Source: Macrostomum lignano
Lineage: Eukaryota
DNA length: 64,000 nt
Direction: 5' to 3'
NCBI GenBank assembly: GCA_002269645.1
Contig: NIVC01003316.1
Coordinates: 40,369-104,368, forward strand
Each line of letters begins with the position of its first letter. The first letter of the stretch is position 1. Of this stretch, positions 38,238-52,142 are shown in pieces. The notes beneath the pieces are model-generated. The model was given only the letters and a program-made list of their open reading frames with translations. It was not told the origin of the DNA and searched no databases. The translations under genes and the position numbers were made by a program.

Positions 38238-40417
38238 TTTACAATTCGTCTAACAAGTACAGCGTAGGAATCCCTAAACGGCATAAGAATTTTCTTTGCA
38301 ATATTGAGACCGCATAGTTCTCAATTCGGTCTCTTGTACAGCTCGCTTTTAAAACTTACTTCGCTATGCCCGACTACAAGTGAAAATCAAATTTTCTTAC
38401 TTTGATTCGGAACTGACATTCAGCTTTCTACACATAGAGCGCCAATTCGTATTGCATAAGTCTAGGAAATGACAATGCGATAATTACCTCATTATTAATT
38501 AATTGTTATTGTTGATCGTATCTTTAAAATACAAGCATGACGCAATACTAAGATTGTCAATATGAGCACAGTTAAATGATGAACAGTACTTGCTAGTGTT
38601 TCCCATTGAATTTGCAAATGAACACAGCTAAAGTGATAAAACACTGCTTGAGATAGCGACGATCTTGATTGGGTCTCGAATGGTGATGCTTGAGGCAGTG
38701 AGTAAGGATGATGCACGGGAGTGATGAGTCACGCTTGAGAAAGTGAACGACGATGATCGAGACAGTGAGTGACAATGATTGGTTGATGATGAACACAGTT
38801 AATGCAGATTTTTTCTACACGCAAGTCAGATCCAGGAAATTACTCGAGTCCATGAAGAGAATTTCCTACTTTAAGATGGACGAAATTTTCCATCGAAGAT
38901 TGCTGCTTTAAACATCATTTACGAGCTAGGAAGGAAATCCCAATAAAGGTAGCCAATTTTCATTCGTAAGAACTTTTGCTAACACTGCCTGCCGCCAATC
39001 AAGGCAGCGCACGGATGATGCTGAGGCGATGGGCCAAGGCCAACGAACAGGAAGTAAATCGAATTTGGTTGAGCAGTAGTGCTTTGATTTTTCATCTCAT
39101 TTCCTTGCACTTCCAGTCAACCAGGAATGACTTAGGAAGTGGACATGCGGGATATTTATGGATGACGATGGCCATTCAGTTCATTCCTTCTAACAAATCC
39201 ATGATTGTAGACTGAAGCCACAATAAATTGTCTAGTGGGAAGTGACTTTTGAATATTGAGTTGCTTGTCCTGCTCCAGGGAAAGACTTCAGATCAAGCAT
39301 GATAGACTGCGCTTAACTTTCAGAGATTTAGGACTGGAAAATGTGTAAAGAGAATCTTATTTTTCTTCGTGTTGAAATTTAGACACAGACCTTGGTTTCT
39401 GATTAGCCAGCCTTCAATGATCGGGTTGCTTTCACAAGCTAGAGGCTTGTTTTGCTGATTAATTTGAAGGAGACGATATCGAATTTTTATCGATATTTTG
39501 TAGTCGACGGCTTGCAGTTTTGAGCTTATGAAATGAACGCTCACGCCCTCGAGTGCATTGCTGGTTTCCAGCCAGAGTATTGCAATCTTAGAAGCGGCAA
39601 GGAGACAAGTACGTACGCTGTTTTATTACCTCCCAGCTAGAAAGCGACCCTGCTGCAGAATCTGAATTCAAAGCTTCCAACAGAAGATTAAAATAGGAAA
39701 CACGAAACTTTGGAGACTAACTGCATTAAATCGCCTTGCCTTCCTCATTCCTTCCTTCTCTTTTCTGTCAGGTATTGGCACCGGAAACCTTCGATCAAAT
39801 ATCGAATTTCTAATTCGATTCGATGCTAGTTGGACGAAATGATGAGGGCGGTTGCCTTGATGTGGGACTCTGGAAGCTGGATTAGCTCACTCTATCTTTG
39901 CTGAATTAAAAAAAAATAACAAAGTCTTTGAAACAATCCACGCGCGTATTTTTTATCCAAGCCAAGAAACAGATGCGCTGTTCACAATTCAGTCAGTCAG
40001 TCTTTCTTTCAAATTTGTTATTCGTTTCTCCATCACATTGGGCAAGTGCAGACAGTGCTAGACACAATATACCCGATGAAATGAAAAAACACAACAGATT
40101 GCGGTGCAAAATCGGCGACAACCCACGCTGTTGCGATAATGCACTTTACAAAAAAACGCGCAAGTGTCGCGAGATCGGCGGGAGAGTTGCTTTTTTCCAT
40201 AGATATTTTTCCCAGGGAAACCACTAAGCGAAGAAGTCGAAGAGGAAGAGGACTAAGAACGAATACTATAATTATATTAAACTTAACGCAATAACGCCCG
40301 ACAAAGGTTTAAACCCACGATTCTCTCAGTCTCCCGCCCTCTCACGACACAAACTGATTTGGGGGTGTGCAAGTATCTAGCATTTAGTTCGATCGATCGA
40401 AGCATTCTAAATCTCAA

Positions 40418-41359
40418 TCAGACCATGCGTCGCAGCATGCGGTTAATGTAGAACTCCCGGTTGCCGAAGTCGCCGCCCTCCACGAAGTGGTTCGCCTTCT
40501 TGCGGAAACCGCCGCGCGGCGTCTTGAGCTTGAAGGCCCACAGGAAGTTGGTGACGGCCTTGAATCGGGGGCCGCAGGTGTAAATCTGGTGGATCATGTC
40601 CTCGATACACGTCACACCCTTGCGGCCGAGCGCCTTCTCAACGATCTTGTTGTCAGTCAGGGGAACTCGCTGGCCGTTGACGCGCCCAAAGCCGCGCTTG
40701 TAGAGCAGGGACCGGACAGACTTGAGGTCCGGGTAGCCCCACATGATGTAGGGCTCGATGATGCGCAGCATGTTGATCTGGCAATGGCAAGAATAGAAAT
40801 TTGCCTATTCTATTTACAAGGCTACTTATAGTAGAACAGGCCAATTATAAATCAAATCAGTCAAATATATTAGCGTCTCAAATAACAAATCTGGCGCTTC
40901 AATAAAAATCTACACTAAAATACTACTTACGGTAGCTTTGTTGAGCTTCAAAAACACGCCGTTGTTGATCTGGCGCATCCGGAATAACTGTAATATCTTG
41001 CGCGGCTTCGGGTGCAGACCGTTAATACCGCGGATTCGCACAACGAAGGCCACCTTGGCTTCGGCTGGCACGTAGAAATTGCTGTGCTTCTTGGCCTGCC
41101 TGGCCTTCTGCAGCTCCGACTTGGCCATGCTCTCGTACTGCAGCTGGTATTTCTCTGCCTTCTTAAACACCGCCATGCGCTTCTGGCGCTCCTTACGACG
41201 GCGCAGGACGCTCAGTCTGAGCCGCTTGGCCCGCGCTTCGATGGCGGCCTTCTTGCCCTTCAGCGCGGTTTCGGGCACGGCTGGCACTCGCTTGGCCTTG
41301 GTGGCCGAGTCTCCCTTCTTGGCAGGCTTCTTAACCGCCGCCTTTTTCTCTGTCGGCAT
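40418..41359 (-). CDS. RPL7: 60S ribosomal protein L7 (uL30)
   Basis: Exons 41359-40931 and 40777-40418, intron of 153 nt (GTAAGT…TTGCCAG), phase 0. Signature sequence [19 protein letters not shown]…KAT|[16 protein letters not shown]…GGDFGNRE. Confidence 0.97.
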
Positions 41360-42076
41360 CTTCACACGGCATGCATGAGATAATATCGAGCTTCTCAAAC
41401 ATTTTACTCTAAGATTTTGCAAACCTGGCTGCTTCCCGATGAAAGCGATCGCTAGGCCAAAAAGCGTCCCAGAGGTACTTGAGTCGCCCCCAGATTTGTT
41501 GCAAGCGACACAGGTAAAATAGACAAAAAGTGACTCTAGACGACTCAAAAACGACTCCAGAGACGCTGCAGAATCATTGAGCTGCGTCTAAAGCGCATCT
41601 GCGTAACTTAACGAGTTGTTTGCAACTTGACTCTTCAGCGATTCTTGTCAAGGTAACGTTTTCAACGGGCCTCTGGGGCGAGTCGGGAGGTTAACTGCTA
41701 AGCCACCCTGTCCTACTGCCTACTTTCCAAAATACAAACTCAATTCACTAAATTCAAGCTAGCCTTCTAAAAAACTATTGAAAACTGAAATAAAGAAGTC
41801 AAATATAGTGGAAAACTGGAGTGAGAAAAGAATGATAGTTTTACTTAGATAATTACAAAGCAACAGGTGAACAAAACGGTACAATAAGCATAAATAGTAA
41901 GTAAATCGGCAATTCACTGATCAAACTCGCGCCTAGTTCTTTCAAGTCACTTAGAAAAATGTTTTATGTTATGTAAGTCCGGTTTTTTAAGCGCAAAAAT
42001 GCATTATAATTAGCTAGCTTCGCAACAAATAGCCAATAAAAACCAAATTTGAATTTGAAAACAGTATATTATAGCC

Positions 42077-42287
42077 TAATTCACACCGATTTGATAAACA
42101 ATAATAAATAACAAGCTACAATTCACACCGATTTGATAAACAATAATAAATAACAAGCTACAATTCACACCGATTTGATAAACAATAATAAATAACAAGC
42201 TACAATTCACACCGATTTGATAAACAATAATAAATAACAAGCTACAATTCACACCGATTTGATAAACAATAATAAATAACAAGCTAC
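42077..42287. repeat. 42 bp tandem repeat, 5 copies, starting 3 nt after the SmF stop codon
   Basis: Unit CAATTCACACCGATTTGATAAACAATAATAAATAACAAGCTA. Confidence 0.95.
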
Positions 42288-42290
42288 GAC

Positions 42291-42554
42291 TTAATCAGCT
42301 TCGATATCCTCTTCCTCGTCGGCAGCCCGAATGTACAGGACATTGTTGCAGCGGATTAGCATCTCGCCCAGATGACCTGTCTGGCATCCATCAATAAACT
42401 CCTCAGCGTTAGCTAATTGCAGGTTCATGTAGGAATCAACGGACACTAAAAAGCCTTTGTATTCCATGCCCCACTTCAATTTGACAACAACAGCTTTGCC
42501 AGTCAGACTGGCAAGGAATGGCTTGGGGTTGATAGTTGTCACTCCTGCAGACAT
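42291..42554 (-). CDS. SNRPF: Small nuclear ribonucleoprotein F (SmF), intronless CDS
   Basis: 87 aa: [45 protein letters not shown]…[14 protein letters not shown], with canonical Sm1/Sm2 motifs. Confidence 0.97.
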   Translation of the reverse strand: MSAGVTTINPKPFLASLTGKAVVVKLKWGMEYKGFLVSVDSYMNLQLANAEEFIDGCQTGHLGEMLIRCNNVLYIRAADEEEDIEAD

Positions 42555-45500
42555 GTTGCCGCTTAGCAGGAAAGCAGAGATTGAAAAAAAACATATTTTT
42601 AGACATCATAAGGTTGTTGCATTTGCGGCAAGATAAGGTTTAATGTGGCATAGTGTGTCATCGACAAATTTACTTTTTGGCACCCAGTTTTTTTCAAGCT
42701 AGATGCTATTAAGTTCCAGTTCCATGTACTTTATTTGAGGTATCATTTCATTCTACCTTTGCTTGATTCTCATGTCGAGACTTCTTGCATTGATTGATTA
42801 TGCATTAATTGATGTATGTTTCAATTAATGTTTTTTACAGGTTTCCAAGCAAAAATGTGATGGCTTTAGTGCCCAAGCATGCTATTCTGTGCACCCCCTG
42901 CTGCATGTGTACACTCTGTCTTGTTTTGGTTAGGTGGGAGCCCACCCCTCCACTGGTGGGGGCCCTGGGGGGCATTTTATTCTAGCTGCACTGCTGAGCG
43001 GGTAGTGTTCTTTGATCCAAGTGCTAAATTAAATAGGAACAAGGTAGCTATTAAAATTGTGCATTTTTATACATATTTCTGGCAAACTTGTGCAATTTTA
43101 AAAAGTTTAAGTGCAAAACTTTGATTTGTTAAAAAACTTGCATGATTTTATTTGAAAATATTGAATAATGCATTTGTTTTAGTAAAACAAAGTTATTGCA
43201 CTTAAAAGCAAAACTTTCAATAAGACTAAAATAACTTCAATAAGCATGTAATTTTTTTTATTGTATATTAAAGGCTTTTTAATTTTTTTACATTATATTG
43301 CATTGTTGTAAAGACTTAAATTGTATATAAAGAGTTAAATTGCTAACTGTTTAAATTGCTATTTGTTTTGTGATAAATATTCTATATTTTTTTAGAACTT
43401 TTCATGTATACTGATTAATATTTTGTTGTATACTAGTGTACATATAAGAAAGCAGTGTATTCAATTTGGCATAATTTGGTGTATAAGATGTACACTAGCA
43501 TAACAACATAATAATCAAGATAGGAGTAAGAAGTCTTTGAAGTCTAAGAATATTCATCCTTGTAGTTTCTATAAAGGCAGTTGTTACTGTTACGGTGACT
43601 GTATAAATAGCAAGACCGTTATTTTTACATTTAACACTTAAAACAAATACCATCTAAATGAAGTGACAAACTTGCTAACACTGTGCAAATACTATGATAG
43701 TTAAATTTAAAAAATAAAAAAACATTTTATTATAAAATAATAAATAATAAAAATGATGATAACTTCTAATGGTTTTTGTCATGGTAGCTTACCACAACAT
43801 GGGTGACCTTAGGTAATTGTTAACTATTACCTTGTAATTTAATAGAAATTTTTTCTACATGACCATAAAAATAGCCATTTTGCTTCTTACCTATGGTGAC
43901 CATAAAAAAAAGTTTTGCTATTTAAAAGGTTACATTAAGTAAAGACCATAGGCCTGCATAGTGTCTTTTGAGTTAACCATAAAAATAACCATTTTGTTAT
44001 TTATATGGTCACCAACTCACCATAAGAATAACAACTGCCTTCTATAAAAGCATTATCAATTTAATTCAATAATTGTTTAAATAATAAAAAGCCTATTCGT
44101 CTGATATTAACTAGATGAATGAGAAAGCATAGCCATTATCCAGTAACTGGACAAATAACCATATCACTTTTTGTCTGGTCACCGGACAAATAACAACTGC
44201 CTTTTATAAAACAGATTCAAATTAAGTTTTATATTATAGTTTTGAGGCCTATTTTTTAAAATAGAAAATTATTGCTTTTTGCATTTTTATTCAAAAAGTT
44301 GCATTAGGGCCTATACGGCATGAGCAAACTTTTTTTCTAGCACACAGTGTAAGCAAACTTTTTTGATAGGATTTGTTCTAGCGCATGGTGCAATCAAACT
44401 TTTTTAATAGCATTTGTTCTAGTAGGGGTTTGCTATGATCTTGACTATAGATCTAGACTAGGAGGGGGGCTATGGCATTAAAAGAAAGTTATAAAATAAA
44501 AACGTGCATAATAATTTGTGCACAAATTTTTGTTTCACAATTGCCATGCGAATATTCTATCCTGGCTATTACAAGGCCTATCAGATATATTTGGCAAAAA
44601 CATGTTGGCAATTAGCATATTAGAAATGAATATCAACTGAATATCATGCCTTTAAATAAATAGCAGGCTTCCAATGCATTTCAGAATAACACGTAATAAT
44701 CACACAGTTGTTTCTGCAATTTTCGTAAGTCAAAATAAATTAACTTAAGAGTCGTTGGATCGACATTAAGCTGCAAGTGTAACATTTTCAAATAAGAATT
44801 CGTCAATGCAAATCAATAGCAAAAATGTAAAACAAATTAGAATGTATTTTTTCTTCCATTAGGCATAATCTACCCATGTATGATAAATTAAGCAGTTGTA
44901 ATGTATTTTACATAGCTTCTATTGCAAATACAACCGGCAATTCAACCATGGTAGATACAATCCCTTTTTCCGAGTTTCAGCAGCCGCTAAATTGAGTAAC
45001 AAACAACCATTAATACACAGTACATTTCGTTTAAATGCATAGGGTTGACACAGTGCAAAAATGAAGATCTAGCATAGAAAAGTACACAACGCGGATAGGT
45101 TTTGATTTCTTAACACAAAAATTGTTACTACCTTTGATATACATGTAGGAGGCGGACTTACCTCTTGGTTTGTTTTGCTTTTCTTATAGCCCTGTACCTA
45201 AAAATCATAAATATTTATGGCACAGCTCGACACATTGGTTTAATGAATCTATTTTATCATCTATATTATACATATTGTTACAGTCAGCTAAGAACGATAA
45301 AATGGATTTATAAAACCAATGAGCCGAGCCGTGCCATTTAAAAGGTATTTCGGCACTGGGCATGTACAATTTTACCTTATTTTGAAGTCGGTTTTCTTAT
45401 TTCTCTTGCATATATACTTACATAAACTATTACATAAAGTAGACAGTAGCGGGTTTATGGCGCCCCTCATTGAGTTCGATATTTTTATGGGTAATACATA

Positions 45501-46015
45501 ACCGAATAAATAATCAAAAGCAAAGTGCCTTACTAATCTGTGCAAAGTGCCAAAATGTGTATTCTTTGGGTCAAAAAATGCTGTGCCTAAAGGCAATGGG
45601 AATCGCTCGTGAATTGCGTGAACCTCCCAAGTTTGTAAGATACATACATGTTTAAAATGCAATACAAAAAACGTTTAATTACTGCTGATGTAGTCATCAA
45701 AAACTTTATAACTACTTTGCTCTCTAGTATTCTAAAAATCCTTTATACATGTACAATTTTATCAGTACTAGAAGTAAAGTAAAGAAACAAGGGAAAACGC
45801 AGTAAATTTATGTCAAAAGTCGTTTTTTAATACCAACTTTTCAGATTTTTTATTACAACGGCCAGGCAATAAAGTCCAACGCTATTTATCGAAAACCACT
45901 GCTTCAAATCAAAGGCCAACATTTCCACACAGGTGAACTCAGTAGCGAGCACCGATTTTAAGTCAACTGTTTTAAGTAGTATAAAAAAGTCGCGCTTAAA
46001 CCAACTCAATGCTGC

Positions 46016-49000
46016 TTATTCGGCCTTGGCTGAGGATCCGTCAAAGTTGCCAACCAACTCCGGTACATCGTCCTCGTCGGCGGCGGCCGGGCCAGCACCG
46101 ACTGCCGATTCGTCGCCGGCCTCACCGTCGGCTTTCGGAGCACCAGAGCCTGCAGAAGCACGGGTTTCATTCACGGGTTTGAAGGGATCATTCCCTTCAG
46201 TATCGGGATCATTCACTTCAGTATCGGGATCATTCCCTTCAGTATCGGGATCATTCACTTCAGTATCGGGATCATTCACTTCAGTATCGGGACCATTCAC
46301 TTGAGAATCGGGGGATTATTCACTTCAGTATCGGGATCATTCCCTTCAGTATCGGGATCATCCACGTCAGTATCGGGACCATTCACCTGAGAATCGGAGG
46401 ATTATTCACTTCAGTATCGGGACCATTCACTTCAGAGTCGGGATTACTCACTTCAGAGTCGGGATTACTCACTTCATGATCGGGACCATTCACTTTAGAA
46501 TCGGGATCATTCACTTCAGTATCGGGATCATTCACTTCAGTATCGGGATCATTCCCTTCAGTATCGGGATCATTCCCTTCAGTATCGGGATCATTCACTT
46601 CAGTATCGGGATCATTCACTTCAGTATCGGGACCATTCACTTGAGAATCGGGGGATTATTCACTTCAGTATCGGGATCATTCCCTTCAGTATCGGGATCA
46701 TTCCCTTCAGTATCGGGATCATTCCCTTCAGTATCGGGATCATCCACGTCAGTATCGGGACCATTCACCTGGAAATCGGAGGATTATTCACTTCAGTATC
46801 GGGACCATTCACTTCAGAGTCTGGATTATTCACTTCATGCTCGGGACCATTCACATCAGTATCGGGACCATTCACTTCAGAGTCGGGATTACTCACTTCA
46901 GAGTCGGGATTACTCACTTCATGATCGGGACCATTCACTTTAGAATCGGGATCATTCACTTCAGTATCGGGATCATTCACTTCAGTATCGGGATCATTCC
47001 CTTCAGTATCGGGATCATTCCCTTCAGTATCGGGATCATTCACTTCAGTATCGGGACCATTCACTTGAGAATCGGGGGATTATTCACTTCAGTATCGGGA
47101 TCATTCACTTCAGTATCGGGACCATTCACTTGAGAATCGGGGGATTATTCACTTCAGTATCGGGATCATTCACTTCAGTATCGGGATCATTCACTTCAGT
47201 ATCGGGACCATTCACTTGAGAATCGGGGGATTATTCACTTCAGTATCGGGATCATTCCCTTCAGTATCGGGATCATTCCCTTCAGTATCGGGATCATCCA
47301 CGTCAGTATCGGGACCATTCACCTGAGAATCGGAGGATTATTCACTTCAGTATCGGGACCATTCACTTCAGAGTCGGGATTACTCACTTCAGAATCGGGA
47401 TCATTCACTTCAGTATCGGGATCATTCACTTCAGTATCGGGATCATTCCCTTCAGTATCGGGATCATTCCCTTCAGTATCGGGATCATTCACTTCAGTAT
47501 CGGGATCATTCACTTCAGTATCGGGACCATTCACTTGAGAATCGGGGGATTATTCACTTCAGTATCGGCATCATTCACTTCAGTATCGGGACCATTCACT
47601 TGAGAATCGGGGGATTATTCACTTCAGTATCGGGATCATTCCCTTCAGTATCGGGATCATTCCTTCAGTATCGGGATCATCCACGTCAGTATCGGGACCA
47701 TTCACCTGAGAATCGGAGGATTATTCACTTCAGTATCGGGACCATTCACTTCAGAGTCTGGATTATTCACTTTATGCTCGGGACCATTCACATCAGTATC
47801 GGGACCATTCACTTCAGAGTCGGGATTACTCACTTCAGAGTCGGGATTACTCACTTCATGATCGGGACCATTCACTTGAGAATCGGGATCATTCACTTCA
47901 GTATCGGGATCATTCACTTCAGTATCGGGATCATTCCCTTCAGTATCGGGATCATTCCCTTCAGTATCGGGATCATTCACTTCAGTATCGGGATCATTCA
48001 CTTCAGTATCGGGACCATTCACTTGAGAATCGGGGGATTATTCACTTCAGTATCGGGATCATTCACTTCAGTATCGGGATCATTCACTTCAGTATCGGGA
48101 CCATTCACTTGAGAATCGGGGGATTATTCACTTCAGTATCGGGATCATTCACTTCAGTATCGGGATCATTCACTTCAGTATCGGGACCATTCACTTGAGA
48201 ATCGGGGGATTATTCACTTCAGTATCGGGATCATTCCCTTCAGTATCGGGATCATTCCCTTCAGTATCGGGATCATCCACGTCAGTATCGGGACCATTCA
48301 CCTGAGAATCGGAGGATTATTCACTTCAGTATCGGGACCATTCACTTCAGAGTCTGGATTATTCACTTTATGCTCGGGACCATTCACATCAGTATCGGGA
48401 CCATTCACTTCAGAGTCGGGATTACTCACTTCAGAGTCGGGATTACTCACTTCATGATCGGGACCATTCACTTTAGAATCGGCATTATTCACTTCATGAT
48501 CGGGACCATTCACTTAAGAATCGGCATTATTCACTTTATGATCGGGACCATTCACATCAGAATCGGGATTATTCACTTTATGCTAGGGACCATTCACTTG
48601 AGAATCGGGATTGTTCACTTCATAATCGGGACCATTCACTTCAGAGTCGGGATTACTCACTTCATGATCGGGATCATTCACTTTAGAATCGGAATTATTC
48701 ATTTCATTATCGGGACCATTCACTTAAGAATCGGTATTATTCACTTCATGATCGGGACCATTCACATCAGAATCGGGATTATTCACTTTATGCTAGGGAC
48801 CATTCACTTGAGAATCGGGATTGTTCACTTCATAATCGGGACCATTCACTTGATGATCGGGATCATTCACTTGATGATCGGGATCAATCACTTCATAATC
48901 GGAATCATTCACTTCATGATCGGGATCATTCACTTCAGGATCGGGATCATTCACTTCAAGATCGGGATCATTCACTTCATGATCGGGATCATTCACTTCA

Positions 49001-49499
49001 GGATCGGGATCATTCACTTCAGGATCGGGGTCATTCACTTCAGGATCGGGATCATTCACTTCAGGATCGGGATCATTCCCTTCATGATCGGGGTCATTCA
49101 CTTCAGGATCGGGATCGTTCACTCACCAAATTTCGTAGCCAGCTTCTTTAAGTTAGCAAAGTTCTCTGGGCCCAGCTGATTCCAGATGCTGGGCAGCAGC
49201 TCGGTCAGATTCTTAACCTCAGACTGGCCACTAATGGCGAAAGTGTTGGACTGCAGCGAGGCCTGCACTTTCGGATTGTTGAAGTGGATCACTTCGCCGC
49301 TGTCCTTGAACATGTTGACCTCCTCGATGCCCGGTATGGAGCTGACTGCCAGCTTCTTTAAAGTTGTGGTGACCTTGCGCTCGTCAGTAGCATTGTTCTT
49401 GTGAATAACCTTCTTCTTGCGGCGGGCGGATCCTTTGCCTCCAATGCGAATCGAGTCCACCTGAGCCTTCAGCTTGTCAATCTTGGCCTGCCGATCCAT
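46016..49499 (-). CDS. BTF3: Transcription factor BTF3 / nascent polypeptide-associated complex beta
   Basis: Exons 49499-49127 and 46149-46016, phase-1 intron GTGAGT…TTCTGCAG. Motifs [13 protein letters not shown], the NAC domain [10 protein letters not shown]…[10 protein letters not shown], and C-terminal [14 protein letters not shown] probable 56-nt 5' UTR intron lies at about 49519-49575. Confidence 0.96.
46170..49120. repeat. 21 bp minisatellite (CAGTATCGGGATCATTCACTT)n filling the BTF3 intron
   Basis: About 140 units occupying nearly the whole 2977-nt intron, with higher-order blocks. Confidence 0.97.
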
Positions 49500-49920
49500 T
49501 GCAGCTGCTGGTAGTTGGCTGCAAAAATTACAGTTAATAGAAGAGGTTTACAGACATTGTCCAACATATTTTACCTTGGTCATTTTGTTTAATGTGCAAG
49601 ATAGTTGGTCCTCAATTTCGATAAAATTAGGCTAAACTAAACTATGTTGCATTTTATAAAGACTGTCTCTAAAAGTTATTAATCTCATAGAAGTTACATT
49701 AATATATTTTATTTATCTGCATTTGGACCCCTTTAATTGCTATATGTTTTGATAGATAGGAAAATCTAAATTTGCCAAGATATGAGATATTAGTTATTAC
49801 TTTAGCATAACTATAATATAATATAATAAAAAGTTACAATTGCTCAAAACCAGGCCCATTTGCATAGACAATCTGGCTATGCAAATTCTGTAAGCAAACT
49901 TCTTACAAGCAAATTTCATA

Positions 49921-50200
49921 GACCCAGGCTGGCACTCAGATTAAGAGCAAGAAGAGGGAAAATTCTATTGAGGCAAGGGTTGGACATGAGCTAGAATTCC
50001 TGCAGGCTATAGGGCAACAAGAGGAGATGCTACAGCTGCTGTACCAATCATTGATGGCCATTCCAGCAATTAGTGTTGAAGCTGAATGCGCCTTTTCTAC
50101 TGTAGGCATCCTCCTAACAAAAGTGAGGTCCAAGCCAAGTGACATGATATTCTCCAATTTTGCCCTGCTAAGAGCCTACTTTGCTAACTACAAAAAATAG
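49921..50200 (+). pseudogene. hAT transposase C-terminal dimerisation-domain remnant
   Basis: Plus frame (not in the track) reads …ELEFLQAIGQQEEMLQLLYQSLMAIPAISVEAECAFSTVGILLTKVRSKPSD…LLRAYFANYKK*, matching the hAT IPxTSVxxERxFS motif. Confidence 0.8.
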
Positions 50201-52029
50201 AGCATTACTGATTGCTATAGTGCCAATGCCATATAGTATAAGCAACAACCCCAATTTGTGTTTGCTTAGAATTTTTTAAATTAAGCTATCACTTATTACT
50301 ATCTCTATTGCAGCAAATAGGGGTATGCACAGATGGCATCCATGTGAAAATTTGAAAATCTATTGGCGCACTTGCATGCACACCTATAGATTGTGTGCAT
50401 CACAGGTGTTGTCTGTGCTACAAAATGGAGCTTTGTGCACTGCAGTGGTAATGCATAATACATGTATGAAATAGACCTGCATGCGCTGCACAGTTGTAGC
50501 ATATGATGATGATACATGCACAAAAAAGATCTGCGCCATGCTACTTCAGTGTAGGCGTATGATAGATGCACAAGATAGAGCTACATTAGAGCAGATAGAG
50601 CTGCAGTTTGCTAGCCAAAGTTTGTTAGCCAAAGTTTGCTAGGCAAACTCACGAAGTTGTAATTTACTAGAGACAATTATGCTTGTCCAATTTGGCAAGA
50701 AACTTAGTGTTCTTATATCAGGACTATTAGATTTGCACTTAATTGCTTTATTGACTATCCTTTTGTTGTGTTGATTAGCAGTGATACAAATCTCTCAATA
50801 TCACTTAATATGAGTGTACTAAAACTGACATATTATTTGTGTATATATATGTATGTTGTAAGTAAACTCCTACAATACTGGCAAGTCAGCGTTGAAACTT
50901 ATATGGGGAAACTGCATATTTTTTAACTATAAAAATGAAAACTATATGGGTCTGTGGACAAATTTCTTTGCTATGGCCTATGGATGCAGTATGGATTCCC
51001 AAATTCCCCACTCAATTAAATTAGAAACTTTATTTTAAGTGGCTCAAATATTAAAATACAATGTTTTTAAGGCTTTCAATGGGTACTCCATTTTATGGTT
51101 TAATTGTAAATTTCCTTGGCATTAATTGGCATTTCCTTGGCCAATGTACAGTGCAAAATGTATATTCACAATAAAGCCTACAAGTTTTATGAACTTACGC
51201 GTGGCGGGTGTACAATTTGTGGTGTTGATTGAATTTTATCTTTTACCAAATAGTCTAATAGACAATTGATAAAAGAAATGGGGGTTATAAAGCTGACCTC
51301 AAATGCAATGAGTGTGAAACAAGCCTTTTTATCAACCCCAGGATGGCATTTTTTGCTTAAAATTTAGTCTGACTTTTGTCAGAGAGACAAATTAAGCACT
51401 CTAACCTCTGCCTCTCTCCTTCCCTTATCTGACCAGGTGTGTAAAAGGGGTTTTAAAATTGATTAACTTTTGGCTGCCATAAGTTTGATCTGTGTAAAGC
51501 AATTGACTTCAAACTTAAAACACATTTTCATTGACTGTCTTTTGTCTAAATATAAAGTTTCAACTTTGTAATTGTAACTCAATCAGGACAGAATCTGTAG
51601 TCTCTAAACATGTAAAGTTTGCCTGCTTTTTCTGATGTTTGTGCCCTTCATCCAACTCATTCCTCTAGACAAAGGGTCAGGCAATAGGGCTTAATATATA
51701 TTATAGCAAATGTAGTTTTGGAATAACTTTTTATAGCCTTCTCTGTACCCCCATGGAGAGGCTAGAGTACTATATATATATATAGCCAGGCCCATGACAG
51801 TTTAATAAGTTTAAGTAAGAAATTTAAACTATTGTCCTACTATCTGATTGAGACTTGAAAGTATTCTGTACCCACAATGACAAATTAACTTTAATTCCAA
51901 GCACTTAAACTGATGCTAGTGCTTTTTAGTTATAAAATTTTTGAGATTTTTGCCAATTTCTCTGGATTATTTAAGCAAAAACCATGCATTACCATTGCTT
52001 GAAAACAGCAATCTTTTGACACCAACTTT

Positions 52030-52142
52030 AGCTAGCAGGTTTCAGCTAGCAGGTTTTGGCTAGCAAACTTCAGCTAGCAGGTTTTGGCTAGCAAACTTCA
52101 GCTAGTAGGTTTTGGCTAGCAAACTTCAGCTAGTAGGTTTTG
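52030..52142. repeat. 28 bp short tandem repeat (GCTAGCAAACTTCAGCTAGCAGGTTTTG)
   Basis: About 4 copies; related inverted words occur near 50607-50650. Confidence 0.8.

Noticed and set aside
38700-38800. Several RTGATGA box-C words (also about 17062)
   Set aside because: No box D (CTGA) or terminal stem at a suitable distance, so not called as snoRNA.
39320-39600. About 95-codon minus-strand open frame between the AIP3-domain gene and RPL7
   Set aside because: No ATG start, recognisable motif or clear splice sites.
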